Assembly (NCBI RefSeq): GCF_033153115.1
Contig: NW_026889813.1
Span: 7,812,001 to 7,876,000 of the forward strand
Length of the DNA stretch: 64,000 nt
Direction of reading: 5' to 3'
Source: Saccostrea echinata
Taxonomy: Eukaryota
Position numbers and translations under genes: made by a program
In this document: positions 1 through 11,551 of the stretch, piece by piece
Layout of the letters: every line of letters begins with the position of its first letter
Position numbering within the stretch: the first letter of the stretch is position 1
The notes under the pieces: generated by a model
What the model was told of the DNA's origin: nothing
The model's input: only the letters and a program-made list of their open reading frames with translations
The model's database searches: none

Positions 1-49
1 TGTCAATTCCTTTTTGGGAAATGAAGTGATCCTTTGTTATGGGAAGTTA

Positions 50-866
50 ATTGTCCCCTACTTTCTCTGAAAGAGGAGGATATTAATCTGGGTCTGTGTC
101 CGTCCGTCCGGTTGTTTTTTGTCTGTGTGTAGCACTTTCATTTCCAGATGATGTCTCAAAAGCCTTTGAGCTTTTGCTATGAAATTTGACCATAACAACT
201 CCCTATGGCCTAAAACAGACCCCATTTGATTTTGAGGTCAAAAGGTCAAAGTCAGAAGTTCAAACATTCTGTCTCTGTGTAACACTTTCATTTCCAAACA
301 ATATTTCAGGAAGTCTTTGAGCTTTTGCAATTTTATATATAATAACTCCCTATGGCCTAAAGAAAACTAATATAAATTTGGAGTTCAAAGAGTTGAAGGT
401 CAAAAACAGAAATTTATACATTGCAAAAAATGATTTCCAGATAATAACTTGCTTTTTTTGTTGTCCTTGAGTGTCTTCAATGAAATCTTATCACTCCCAA
501 TGACTTAAAGAATACACCTATTGACTTTTAGGTCAAAATTTCAAGGTAAAAAATTCATATCTTGCATAAAATGGTTTCCTGGTAATAGCTTCAATTTACC
601 TCTCTTCATGATTTTACAATGAAAATTCATACTTTTCATCAATATGACTTTCTGAAGACCTCTATTGATTTTTAGGTCAAAGACCAAGGTTAGAAATTCT
701 ATATTGCATACATAGTTTTCAGATGATAACTTTAGTTCTCTGTAAGCTTTGTAAGGTCACAAATTTCTTTAGCTTAAAAAAGGTCAATATAGACTTTAAG
801 GCCAAACAAAAAAATATGTGTGGTTCCGGTTACACTTCCAAAAAAATTAGGGTAGGTAGGTAGGGA

Positions 867-897
<31 letters not shown>

Positions 898-1349
898 ATG
901 ATTTTCTTAATTTTTCTAAATAATACCTATCACTCCTTTGCAAATGGCATTTAGATGAGGTGTGATAATATACTAGTCAATATTGGTAGGGGACACCTAC
1001 ATGCTAGCTTGCTTTGGATTTAACACTATTAAACACTTGCACTATGTATTGCAAGGAGGCTGTCATTGCTGAAACTAAAACTTAAACTGTAGCCATTAAT
1101 GGAAATCGGGGAAAATTCCGGAAAAAATATGAAAATTGCCAAAAAAGTTTAGGGTCGGGGGTATAAAATAGGGAAGGTCGGGTAACCGGAACCACACATA
1201 TTTTTTTATTTGGCCTAAGGCCAAAAGCTGAAAGGTCAAGGTAGACTTTTTTTTTTTTTATTTTTCTCCATCTTCATTTTTTTATGGTCTTCCACCCTTT
1301 TCTTTTTTTCCATAAGCTGGGGACACAAATTCCCTAAATTGGCTTGTTT
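50..1349 (+). mobile_element. Non-autonomous Helentron-derived (HINE/pearl-type) element with internal tandem repeats, interrupted by a MITE
   Basis: 5' TGTCCCC subterminal repeat, then a (TCCG)n/TCTG microsatellite and degenerate repeats containing AGGTCAA motifs. The 3' end has GGGGACA, a short hairpin and CTTGTTT. The same architecture occurs at 46085 and 57170. Confidence 0.7.
800..1215. mobile_element. MITE with ~35-bp TIRs and TAA target duplication (PIF/Harbinger- or Zator-like)
   Basis: GGCCAAACAAAAAAATATGTGTGGTTCCGGTTAC at 800 is inverted at the right end (GTAACCGGAACCACACATATTTTTTTATTTGGCC). TAA flanks both sides (797-799, 1216-1218). Confidence 0.85.
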
Positions 1350-1402
1350 GAAATTTTAATCATTTGAGCTTCATTTAAAAGATTGAAATAATTTTTGCAT
1401 AC

Positions 1403-4400
1403 CCATGTCTTTTCAAGAGTGATACCAAGTATTCCCTCATTTCTTGGTGACTTATCAAGGTACAAAAATAGGTCTCCAATATGTTTGGACCAAATACTGA
1501 GATCATCTTTGGAATTATTGGCTGCATCTTGTTGGTAGATAACTCTGGGTTTCTTTGGTGGAGAGATAAAGTCCTCCTCATGACAAGTTCTCCGTACCTA
1601 CAGATAAATTCAATTATTTTATCATATGTTATGTAAATTGAGAAAACATGTCCTATTACATGTAATTACAGGTGACTCCTGGTGACTCAAACTTTGATCT
1701 CTTGAAGTTCTTAGTCTCTTGAACTGAGTCTTCCTTTCATACTTTTCAATCAGCTTTATCTTATAGCATTTTATCACAATTCTGGTTTGAAGACAGGTAA
1801 ACAATTAAACATTCTTACCTCACAAACACAAAGAACTGGCCTTTGAAGTCCAGGATCTGTTCGGCAACAAAGAAGGTCAGCTTTAGATGACATAGTCCTA
1901 CCCATGATCATAGCTTTCTTAGTCTCAATAAATGGTTGGGTCCTTTAAACAAATAGGAATTCATAATTTATAATTAAAAGACCTTTATTCAATGTAAAAA
2001 TAATTAAAAGTATATATACATATACTTCTTGTTGCAGGATGCATATTTTAATGCCTTATGTACTGTCTATCACCCAATTCTACATCACCAGAAAATATCA
2101 TTTTACATAGATGTGATGAGTATTACATGTATACATTCAAGCATTAAGGATACATAACACAATCAAAAATTTGATGCCTGGATTGATATATATTTTTTGA
2201 CTGATTTCAAATAGAAATGACTTAATAATAAATCCCTAAAATATAAAGAAATCGTACGTTTTCTTTGGTGCTAAAATTTGTGACTTTGTTTTGGTTTCTA
2301 TACAATTCTATACAAATTTTGCATGTATTTTTAACATAATTGTGACAAAATCTTACTAAATTCTCCCACTTTACATGGCAGACATTATTCAGGTTACCCA
2401 TTTGAATATAAATATATAAAAAATATTGCTGATTTCGAAAAAAGTTTGTTTGTGTTATTTATCCTTAATTAAATCTCTCTCTGAAAATAGGCTAAAGAGC
2501 TGGTAATGGTATGGGCCATGGCCATCAGCCTGGGTAGCTCAGTAGGTTGAGCACCTGACTAGTGATGCAGGGGTTCTGGGTTTGATTCCCTGTCCAGCCA
2601 TACATTTTCTCCTTTCCTGTTACATAATTTGGTGCCATTGACCGCCGCTGGACTTGCAGGTGAAAGTCCTGCCAGGGGCAGTAAGACTTGGGTTGTGTCT
2701 TAGAGGGTGAAGACAATTTAAGGCAGCAGGAATGTAATGGTTTCGGCCATGGATATCGGCCTGGGTAGCTCAGTCGACTGAGCACCTGACTAGTGATGCA
2801 GGGGTCCCAGGTTTGATTTCCGGTCCAGCCATACATTTTCTCCTTTCCTATTAAATACTTATTAAAATGACCCTGTCAATTTAACAATTACTCATCTTTC
2901 AATCTAGTATATGTAATTTTCAAACATTACTCTAAAGACTTTGTGCTTTAATTAGCTAAAGAGGTCCTATTCAAACTCTATAGAGTCCACATGTGACACG
3001 TTTGATATTTTTTGTTTAATTTCAATGTCCTTGAATTAAACAGACAATAACTTTAAACCAACTATTATACAAGAAAGTTTTAATTGCATATTGTCAAATG
3101 ACAACTAGTCAATGACAAATAATATATTCAAGATATCCTGCTGAACAAACTTTTTAAAGTCTTGAGTTATTTTGAGACCACTAATATATACCAGTTGGGG
3201 TTGTTTGAAAATTAAGAAAAAAAATTGATGAGCCATAAGGATGGAACACCAGGCCATCGCAAGTTAACATCAGCATAAGCTTGTACCCATTGCAGCGGGT
3301 AGAACGAGACAATGCAGATAAAGTGCCTTGTCTAAGGACACAACACACAACATTTAGTGACATGAGGTGGCAGGGCTTGAACTAGTGTCCTTTGGTTACT
3401 GGCCAAACACCTATGACCACTGAGTCATCATCATCTTCTCAAGCCAACGGTTTTCGTTCCACTTCACTCCCCACAAACCCTTGGCAGATTACACCATCAA
3501 AACTTTGGCCGCTATAAGCAACATCTTCTGGACGCACTAAATTTTAACTTCTGGATTCCAGCCAATCAGGTAACAGTTTTCAAACTGTAATTCAGTATCC
3601 ACTGTAAACAAGAATTGGAGATGGAGTCAAAAACAGAGAATGAAGAACTACAGGAGGGAATTAAAGGTGTATAAAATATGAAGAATATGGAGTCACAAAA
3701 GTTAAAACAATTATAGATGACTGTTCATCTGTTGTTTTAATAAATGACATTATGTGACATGAAAGCTGTCTCCTCATTGGTTCCAAGGAAACTGCATATC
3801 AGCCACAGTTTTAGTGGTGTATTCTCTGCCAAAGGTTTGTTGGGAGCAAAGCAGACCGAAAACCCTTGGCTTGCGAAAATGCTGAACCATGTGCTCCACA
3901 ATTTGTTTGCAAATCTCAGGGATATTTCTCACACATGTATAAAGTTGCTCTAGTGTATTTAAGTCGATTTCAACAAAGAATTTGAATTATAGATCAAACA
4001 AATTAAGAATGAATAATAAACTTCATGAAAAATTTACCAATATATTGTGGCGGTCAGACAGATTTGATGGCTGGTGGCCAGATAGCTCAGTTGGTAGAGC
4101 CCCTGACTGGGGATTCAGGGGGCCTGGGTTCAAATCCCGGTCCTTGTCCATCAAATTTTTCTCCTCTCTTGTTACATTTGGTGCTGTGCCCTGGAAGTGA
4201 CAGATGTAAGACTTGCCAGGGAAGAACCTGGGTTAGTGACTTTATGGGAGAAGACCTTTAAAAAGGAGGGAGGAATGTGACGGTCAGATGGGTTTGACTG
4301 CAGGTTGCCAGAGAGCTCAGTTGGTAGAGCACCTGGCTGGAGATTCAGGGGGCCTTGGTTCGAATCCCTGTCTGGTCCATCACACCTTTCTCCTCTCCTG

Positions 4401-5107
4401 TTACAATATTAATAAATTTTTGCAACAGGGGCTAAGCTACATAATTTTGATGTACTTACCAAGTATTAATACCAAATAACTGCAGCAACTTCTCAAACAA
4501 GACCTGGTATTTCCAATCTGATATGCTTGTGTTGGGCTTATTTTTTGCAATTATTTGTGCTAAGCAGTAATTAAATTCCTCCAATTTTAATAAAAACCTG
4601 CAATATGAAGTTTAAACAAATTAAAAAACATAATATTTAACTTGAGAGTCAGATACATATTTTAAAGATATTCAGGATAACAGGTACCCCCCCCCCCCCC
4701 GCCCTATTTTTTGACTAAAATTGTTTCCAGGCCTGATAATTTGTAGAAAAATAGATTCTTACTTTTCCAATAAGGGTTCTGATTTAATCACTTTCAACTG
4801 CTGTCTAGTTGGTTCCCACGAACTTGCAAATGTTTCAATCGGTGTAGCAATGTTTGGAGGCAAAGACTCCAAGGATTCGTAATCCAGTTTAAGGTTGCAG
4901 GCATTAACACACCTGTCAATTTCACAATAGTCGTCTGCATCCAAATGAAACAGCGACCATTCAGATGTAATTATTCTGTAGATGTCTTCTTCTTTAAAAT
5001 AAATTAACCCCAAGTTTCTCAACAAAATGACGATCCCAATCTAATGTGCTCTTCGGACACAAAAACTCTTCACCAGAATTTGATTCCCGCATTTTCTCAG
5101 GATCCAT
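1403..5107 (-). CDS. Uncharacterised spliced protein with a degenerate PD-(D/E)xK-like motif; 1-nt frameshift in exon 1 (pseudogene or assembly error); 3' end not found, probably beyond the left edge
   Basis: Exons: 5107-4763 (MDPEKMRESNSGEEFLCPKSTLDWDRHFVEKLGV, frameshift ~5005, IYFKEEDIY...EPLLE), 4597-4460 (KFLLKLEEF...YQVLFEKLLQLFGINT), 1942-1819 (WTQPFIETKK...SSKADLLCC...PVLCVCE), 1597-1403 (VRRTCHEEDFISPPKKPR...KHIGDLFLYLDKSPRNEGILGITLEKTW). All junctions are GT-AG with matching phases 2, 2, 0. Confidence 0.7.
2502..2855 (+). mobile_element. Miniature non-autonomous LTR retrotransposon (TRIM) with tRNA-like LTRs, Helenus-like
   Basis: Direct repeats 2502-2624 and 2733-2855 (123 bp, TGT...ACA type) each contain A-box TAGCTCAG and B-box-like GGTTTGATTYCC. 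PBS TGGTGCCATTGACC follows LTR1; purine-rich AAGGCAGCAGGAA precedes LTR2. Confidence 0.8.
3235..3431 (-). mobile_element. tRNA-derived CORE-type SINE (degenerate)
   Basis: The minus strand reads B-box-like AGTTCAAGCCC, then CORE-like TGTGTCCTTAGACAAGGCACTTTA, then AACTTGCGATGGCCTGG. Confidence 0.55.
3432..3881. mobile_element. MITE with ~55-bp imperfect TIRs
   Basis: CATCTTCTCAAGCCAACGGTTTTCG...CCCTTGGCAGA is inverted at the right end (TCTGCCAAAGG...CGAAAACCCTTGGCTTGCGAAAATG). The TIR is related to 7860-7953. Confidence 0.7.
4046..4405 (+). mobile_element. Second tRNA-LTR TRIM (Helenus-like), different family
   Basis: LTRs 4046-4176 and 4276-4405 (TGTG...TTACA) contain AGCTCAGTTGGTAGAGC and GGTTCRAATCCC. 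PBS TGGTGCTGTGCCCTGG; PPT AAAAAGGAGGGAGGAA; ATAT on both flanks. Confidence 0.85.
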
Positions 5108-6149
5108 CACAAGTGCAAACAGTCATCCACAGCTGATGTGAGCAAATCCCTATTTATTCTGTTCCTTTAAATTAATTACGAGAATTCATGATCACTTTGT
5201 TTCGTACTGAAAGTGAAACCAGAAATGCATATGGTGGCCCAGTGCGACCATTTCTCTCATAATATACGGAGGCCCCAATGCGACATATTTACAAACCTCT
5301 AATATTTTTTTTTTTATGAAATAGTGCGCATCATCATGATCATGGAATATGCCAATTTTTCTAGTTGTTGAAAATCAAAAAGAGATTGATGGAGTCTGCA
5401 GAGATACTGATTATGATGCATTCTAATAATCTAGGCGCGTTGCCTTGACATAGAATAACAATGAAATGGTACGTAGTTACAACTTTTGTTTTTCCGACAT
5501 ATATAATTAGCATTTTTTCCCCAATGGATATGGGTTTGTCAAAACTTCGCTATATGCAAACTTTTCATGTCTTTAATCCTTAAAAATAAGCACCTTTTTG
5601 GTTTTACAAATTATATCTCAAATCAACTGAAAAAGAATTATCATACTTTTAAAAGATGGATAATATTTTTATTTCTTTTACCAAAAGTTCTTTGTCTTCG
5701 TAGCCAATCGTACATATGTACATGTACGTAAATAAAAGATGGGTAGTCTTCTTTAGGTAATATAACGTTATCCCTCTGCTCCAAATTTCACCATTTTTTT
5801 TTAAATTCACAACATTGATTTTCATCAACAACAATAGCATTACATTCAAATAGAAAATAGTTTGAAGTATGAAGCGTTGCTTACTTTTTCAGAAATGAAT
5901 ATCATTTCTAATCATGATATGAACAAAATTTGATATGGTAAATAGAAAGATTAATAATTTTTTTTATCTCACCCATAAAGTCAAAAATATGAGGTATATA
6001 TGAAAATAATATTTACTATCATACCTATCTAATTCACTTTAGAAAACATAATGAAGCGTTGCTTTTTAATCAGAATATCAAATTGTTTCTCTGCTTGTAA
6101 AATAAAAATGGATCCATCCACAGGAGTTATAGTTATTCAAAATATCTTT

Positions 6150-6201
<52 letters not shown>

Positions 6202-6417
6202 TAATTAATTGATTATAAAAATTCTGCATCTGAATTTTCTGTAACAATTAAAAGAATTTTATGCTAAGAGATAGAAATATCTCAATTTTAACAATTTAAA
6301 GGAAAATGAGTATAAATGTTTTAGGTCAACTATTATAAGTAATTAATACCAATATAGAAAATAGAAATCAATATTTGTAACATAGTTCAGGTTTGAATAA
6401 GTTGACTAAATAATGGT

Positions 6418-7236
6418 ATACAATTATTGCTGGTTTTTGAGGTCAATACGATGATTTAGACACCTGAGGAGTACAATATTCACCGAGTCCGAAGGGCGAG
6501 GTGAATATTGTACTTCGAAGGTGGCTAAATCATCGTATTGACCGAAAAACCAGCAATAATTGTTTTATTATATGATTAAATGACACACACTCATTAAGCA
6601 ATCCATGCCATCTTACTTGTTCACATCTACTGAAGTATTAGTCGACCATAATGAGAGAAACGGGGTTTAAAAAAAACAGTTGTATTATTTCGGAATTTCT
6701 AATTCTAGTTTAGGTGCAATGTAGAAAGAAAATAAATGTCAGGCACATATATAGGATTGATTTTGACAAAGGAGGCATTAAAAGGGAAAAAAAGACAACT
6801 TACCTGAAAACAAATCTTAGACTACCCCCCCCCCCCCCAACTCAAAATTTTATTTGGTGGGATGTAACGGTCCATAAACGAGGGAAGGGGGGCTTTCATT
6901 GAAATTTTTCTCCTTAAAATTTAAATTAAAACTTTACATTCTCAAAAGCTGGGAAGAGGGGCAGGCCTCCTGCATCCCCTCCCGTCCCTCTCACCCAAGA
7001 ATCTATGTGCCGTAATGTTATGTTTATATGAGTGGAAGTCAGGTGCACGTGAAATAACTTTCCAAAACTATTTGCATCAATTTGGATTTTCCCTATCTAT
7101 TTTTGGTCCAATGTAGAATAAATAATTCCTAATATCGACCTGGAAGGTCACGTGCAGGCCAATATAACGTATGTTTTTCTAACATTGTTGGATCTCAGCC
7201 AATCAGAGAGATGGGAACTATTCAATCATATAATAA
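6418..7236. mobile_element. Crypton-like non-autonomous element with a ~145-bp terminal palindrome
   Basis: Near-perfect inverted repeat 6420-6563 (ACAATTATTGCTGG...ATATTCACC / GGTGAATAT...CCAGCAATAATTGT). It is followed by TTATTATATGA, whose inverse TCATATAATAA closes the element near 7235, preceded by AGCCAATCAG. Confidence 0.6.
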
Positions 7237-7859
7237 TCCTCATTATTAAGCTCTGGTAAGACAATTCATTGAATTCTTGGATTAATTTCCTTAGAAAGTT
7301 ATCTCCCTTATCAAAGGGAAAATACCTTAAAATCTTGTTTTAAATTTTTTTTACCGCAGAAAAAATATGTCGATTAAATTTCTTTTCAATTTTGGTTAAA
7401 ATACATTGAATTATTTAGTAATTACCGAATTGACGTGCATGACAAAAATAGTTATTAAAATTATTTTTCATTCAATTTTGTTACTGAAAGTGGTAATTTA
7501 TCATTTAAGGGATCAAAGTGTGAAACTGAGTAAAATAATGAAATAGTTATGAAGTAAGAATGGAATTTGTAAATAGTTGTGTCTGGTAATTATGGATTTT
7601 TCTACACATGAATTGAAAGACATGAAAAGTGAAGCAAACAAAGCAAGAGATACATGAACCTGTTAACGAGAAGTCAACACATTTCAAAAGCTGCATGGTC
7701 AGGTAATTCCCTTATATATTCTTAGTAATCCTTAGACCAACCTTGCATGGTTATGATGGTATAGGAAATAAAAAAAAAAACGGAGAAAGTGGAAAGGCAG
7801 TTGACAGACAGAATTCTGTACATCAACACATAATTTTCTTTTTTTATATCAGCTTAAAT

Positions 7860-7953
7860 AATCTTCCCAAGTCAAGGGTTTCTAATCCACTCCCATCCAC
7901 ATCAAGATTTATGTGGAGCGGAGTGGACCAGAAACCCTTGACTTGGGAAGATG
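7860..7953. mobile_element. Palindromic mini-MITE (TIRs only), same family as 3432-3881
   Basis: ATCTTCCCAAGTCAAGGGTTTCT...AGAAACCCTTGACTTGGGAAGAT forms a ~95-bp hairpin. Confidence 0.7.
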
Positions 7954-7989
7954 TCTTGAATAAGCTTTACGTGATACCTACATGTATGT

Positions 7990-9010
7990 CATACCTACCC
8001 TTTGATGTTTCTGGATCCGTGGCCTAACAATGGATTAACAATTGGTGGGAAACATGTCAGTCAAAATACGACCAAATAATAGGTCATATTTGGGAAAGTC
8101 ATTACAACGATCATAGAATTTGAAAAATACATGTACTGACTTTGAACAAGGTGATTAAAACATGTAACATCAACTTATTAGTCAGTAGCCTGCCTCTGTT
8201 TGAAAAAAAATTGATCGTACTCAAAACATACTCTTGAGTACCGAATCAGGTGTGAGACTTAAACACCTTATGCATGTGATGGTGGAATAAAACAACATAA
8301 ACAGGGAAAGTTGTCTATAGAAAATCTTATGCAATCTCATTTTTCACATAGTCTACTGGTAGATGTGAGTTGGCAATTAACGGCTTTAGTCAGTGAAATA
8401 TCCAAGTACGAAGGAGACGTGGCAGACTCTTTGGTGTCCTTTTTTCGGGTTCATTTGAATACTAGTATATCGAGTGTACATACGAATATAAATAACTATT
8501 GTTAAATGATAAAACGTCGTCGATATATCGAAATGTTGATTTTGAAAGCCACGGAGATCTGGTCTCCAAAGACTACAGAGATATTGCCAATGAGGGTGCA
8601 TCTTTATAATATCTACTTCAGAGTACTTGTGTGTAGAATCAGACCAATCACAAGATATGAAAGTTTCAAGCAGCTGTCTATGACCCAAAAGTCTGCTCTT
8701 TCATTTATCTTGAGGAAAAGTTATATAAAGCGTTGAAAAGTCGCCTGTTTTTATGCTATTGATTTTTGAAAAGTTTGGAGATTTTAGATTTTACAAAAGT
8801 TCTCTAGAGTTTTTGAGAATCCACAATTGATTTACACCACTTCTTGAATTTATTGTAGCATAGACTGTCTGAAGCTTTTCTTCACAACATGTAATATTTT
8901 GGTGAGGAGTGATGATAGGGGCTTGATTTAACATTTATTGGACCCAGAAATACATCTATATTTGAAAGGATTTATGAAGTTTTGGAATCCAGTATAGATA
9001 TGGTAAATCA
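7990..9010 (-). mobile_element. Decayed Naiad-type Penelope-like element RT fragment (predates the duplication)
   Basis: The minus strand gives PYLYWIPKLHK, NSRSGVNQLWILKNSRELL and KTGDFSTLY, with stops and frameshifts. The paralogous copy lies at 34720-36760. Confidence 0.75.
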
Positions 9011-10647
9011 AACTTTCTTCGATTGATCATCGAACATGTTACGAGCCCGTTTTAGTCAATTAAGCTTATACTTGTTTCATCAATTCTCAACGAAGTTAAT
9101 ATCAGGGGTTTTAGACATTTAGTTGCCTGTTCTTCGAAAGCAATGGGTTTTGTTGAATATATTCTGTTTCAGCACGAGCTAGTAACACATAAAAAAGAAT
9201 AAATTTGTAATTAATTCATTAAAAATTGTAAATCGAAGAATGACCAAAAGTTTGTAAAATTGTCCAAGGAAGGCAGCAGTTGTATTCTAGGATAAATTCA
9301 AAATTTTCAAAATCATTTTATGCTAAATTACCTCCTTTGATACATAAACCTTTACGTACTACATTATAAACAATGATATTCCAACTGTTTGAATTGATGT
9401 GTGTCTGCAAATCATGAAGACTTCAGTAATATATATTGAATAAATAGTGCTCACTGATCGAATACCACATCAAAAATAAACTCTTGTTCATTGATAAACA
9501 TTGGTGGCACTAAATTAAGTATCTTTTATACTATTTTTTAACGAAGTACAAGAACATAAGTTGTTATAAAGAAGTTACCAAAAGCTTACATGCATTGTCA
9601 GTTTTAGTTTGGTAAACATCAACATATTTCTTTTACTTTTATCAGTTTTCTGTTTTGAAATTCATTTTACGCTCTCATCCACGTGCAATTTTTCAATCAT
9701 GGTTTTAAATTCTAAGGATTCAAGACATTCATAGACCTTAAACAATACACTGTACAGCTTCATTTATTCATCCTGAATGATAACCCATCGCGAGAGTAAA
9801 GATTTACCATATATTTGGCCTTCTGGTCGCTGTACTTTTTGTTCGATAAATAATAAGATAAAACAATTCATAGTTACGTCTCTAGATTGCCATTTATCAT
9901 ACGTATGTTGAATTGATATTATTTTATGACGATCACGTCGTGCAATTCAATAATTTCAAAAGCAAATGGCCATGTATCTTGGTCGAAACATATCACTTAT
10001 ACAAGTTTGTAATTATAAGGATTAGAATAATGATAGAGATCATGTAGACAAAAATTATTGATTATATATTAACCCTTTTTCTTGAAATCTATCGAATGCA
10101 ATTATTTTTTTCATTTAAGATGGCATTTCTTACAAAGACATTTTTTATCTGTGGTGGAAAATTCTTTTATTACTGCGTAGACCCAGGAAAGACCATTAGC
10201 CCATTGAAATTTTTCTTAATGATTCTACCTGCTTATATATCTATGACAGCAAAAGATTTTATCATAGACTTGAGAAAGAAGATATAATTGCAATTCAAAA
10301 ACGAGGGAATTTTACCTGTATTGTGTATATATGCCTTATCATTGGTTTAATTAGGGTACAATCCAGAGATCTTGAATTTTAATTGAAACTTCAATGAATA
10401 TTCTGAAAATATCAAAATCAATACCGTAAATTTCCAATAATTCTTTCAAGCTTCCCGACAAAGGTTTGATGGATTGGAGCATTTAAGGAACAGTGAATAA
10501 AGAGCTTCATCTGAACTGTTATACACTATGATTTGGATTAACTGTTTAAGTGCAGTGCTGTTTTTATCAAACTGTATGCGTGGTTTGTTTATTTTAGGTA
10601 AGATTGTACCTTCCTTTTCAAAGTCCAATTTTTTGCGAATGTATATT

Positions 10648-11551
10648 ACTTTTGAGCAGTTTTTTGTCTTGACCCCTTTTTAAAAAATTCTGCATAATGT
10701 TTTAGTTCTTACAATAAATTTGGATTCTACAATGCTAATTAAACTATATTCAATTAAAACCCCATGATTAAATTCCATACCGAAAGCATTAAGTGAGGAA
10801 CTATATTTTGTGGCAGAAGGATTTTTAGAAGAAAATGATCAATTTTTCTCTTTTGACCTATTTACAGTATTGTTAAGTTTGGGTTCCTATTTTTACATGC
10901 AGCCTGCACACAGAGTTATTTTTGTGCAGTGAAATATTTTATGTTGGTCCTAAATTATATATTAAATTATTTTTCCTGAATTCTATTATCATATTTGACT
11001 AATATAGCAAATATATTGTGAAAGTCCTGGGAAAATAGCCCAATTTAGGCTTAACATTAACACTTCTTTAAGTAATATTTTAGTAATATCTAAAAAATTA
11101 ACATCACAGACCCCCACTTTTAATTTTCTTTTCTGAATATATAAGATAATTTTAACCATTCTGATTAAATTTAGAAAAATGACATTACTTTCAAATGATT
11201 TTATTGCTTATTAAATTTGAAAGGTCAGATAATTGACTATGTGAAGTATTTTGAAACTGTTTTTCTTGTCACAAATTATAATGTGACTATTCAAGAAGAA
11301 AAAAACTTTGTTTGTTTCCATAATTTATTTGGATGAAAAATATTAGAGGAAAAACTTTGAAAATTGACTTATATGTTAGACTTAATTACAGTGCAAAAAG
11401 GTCATATTAAATGCTCCGTAGCACCACCAAAAGAAGTGCACTGACCCCCATTTTTTTTGTTTTGATTTTTAATTAAGCTATGTGTGAAGATTCTTAAAAT
11501 ATATACTTGATAAAAAATTCTCAATACTTTTGAAAACAGGATCCAACCTCC
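10648..11551 (-). mobile_element. Kolobok-like non-autonomous DNA transposon missing one terminus
   Basis: Reverse-complement match to the complete element at 49274-50210. It ends GGATCCAACCTCC-TTAA; the other TIR is absent. Confidence 0.8.

Noticed and set aside
1622-1804. Extra exon of the left-hand gene (IKLIEKYERKTQFKRLR...)
   Set aside because: It would need a 59-nt intron and a poor donor, and 1819 splices cleanly to 1597 in phase 0. It cannot be fully excluded as an alternative exon.
2525-4380. Four tRNA genes
   Set aside because: The A/B boxes are present, but the stems are mismatched and each sits in a TG..CA direct repeat with PBS and PPT. They are LTR components.
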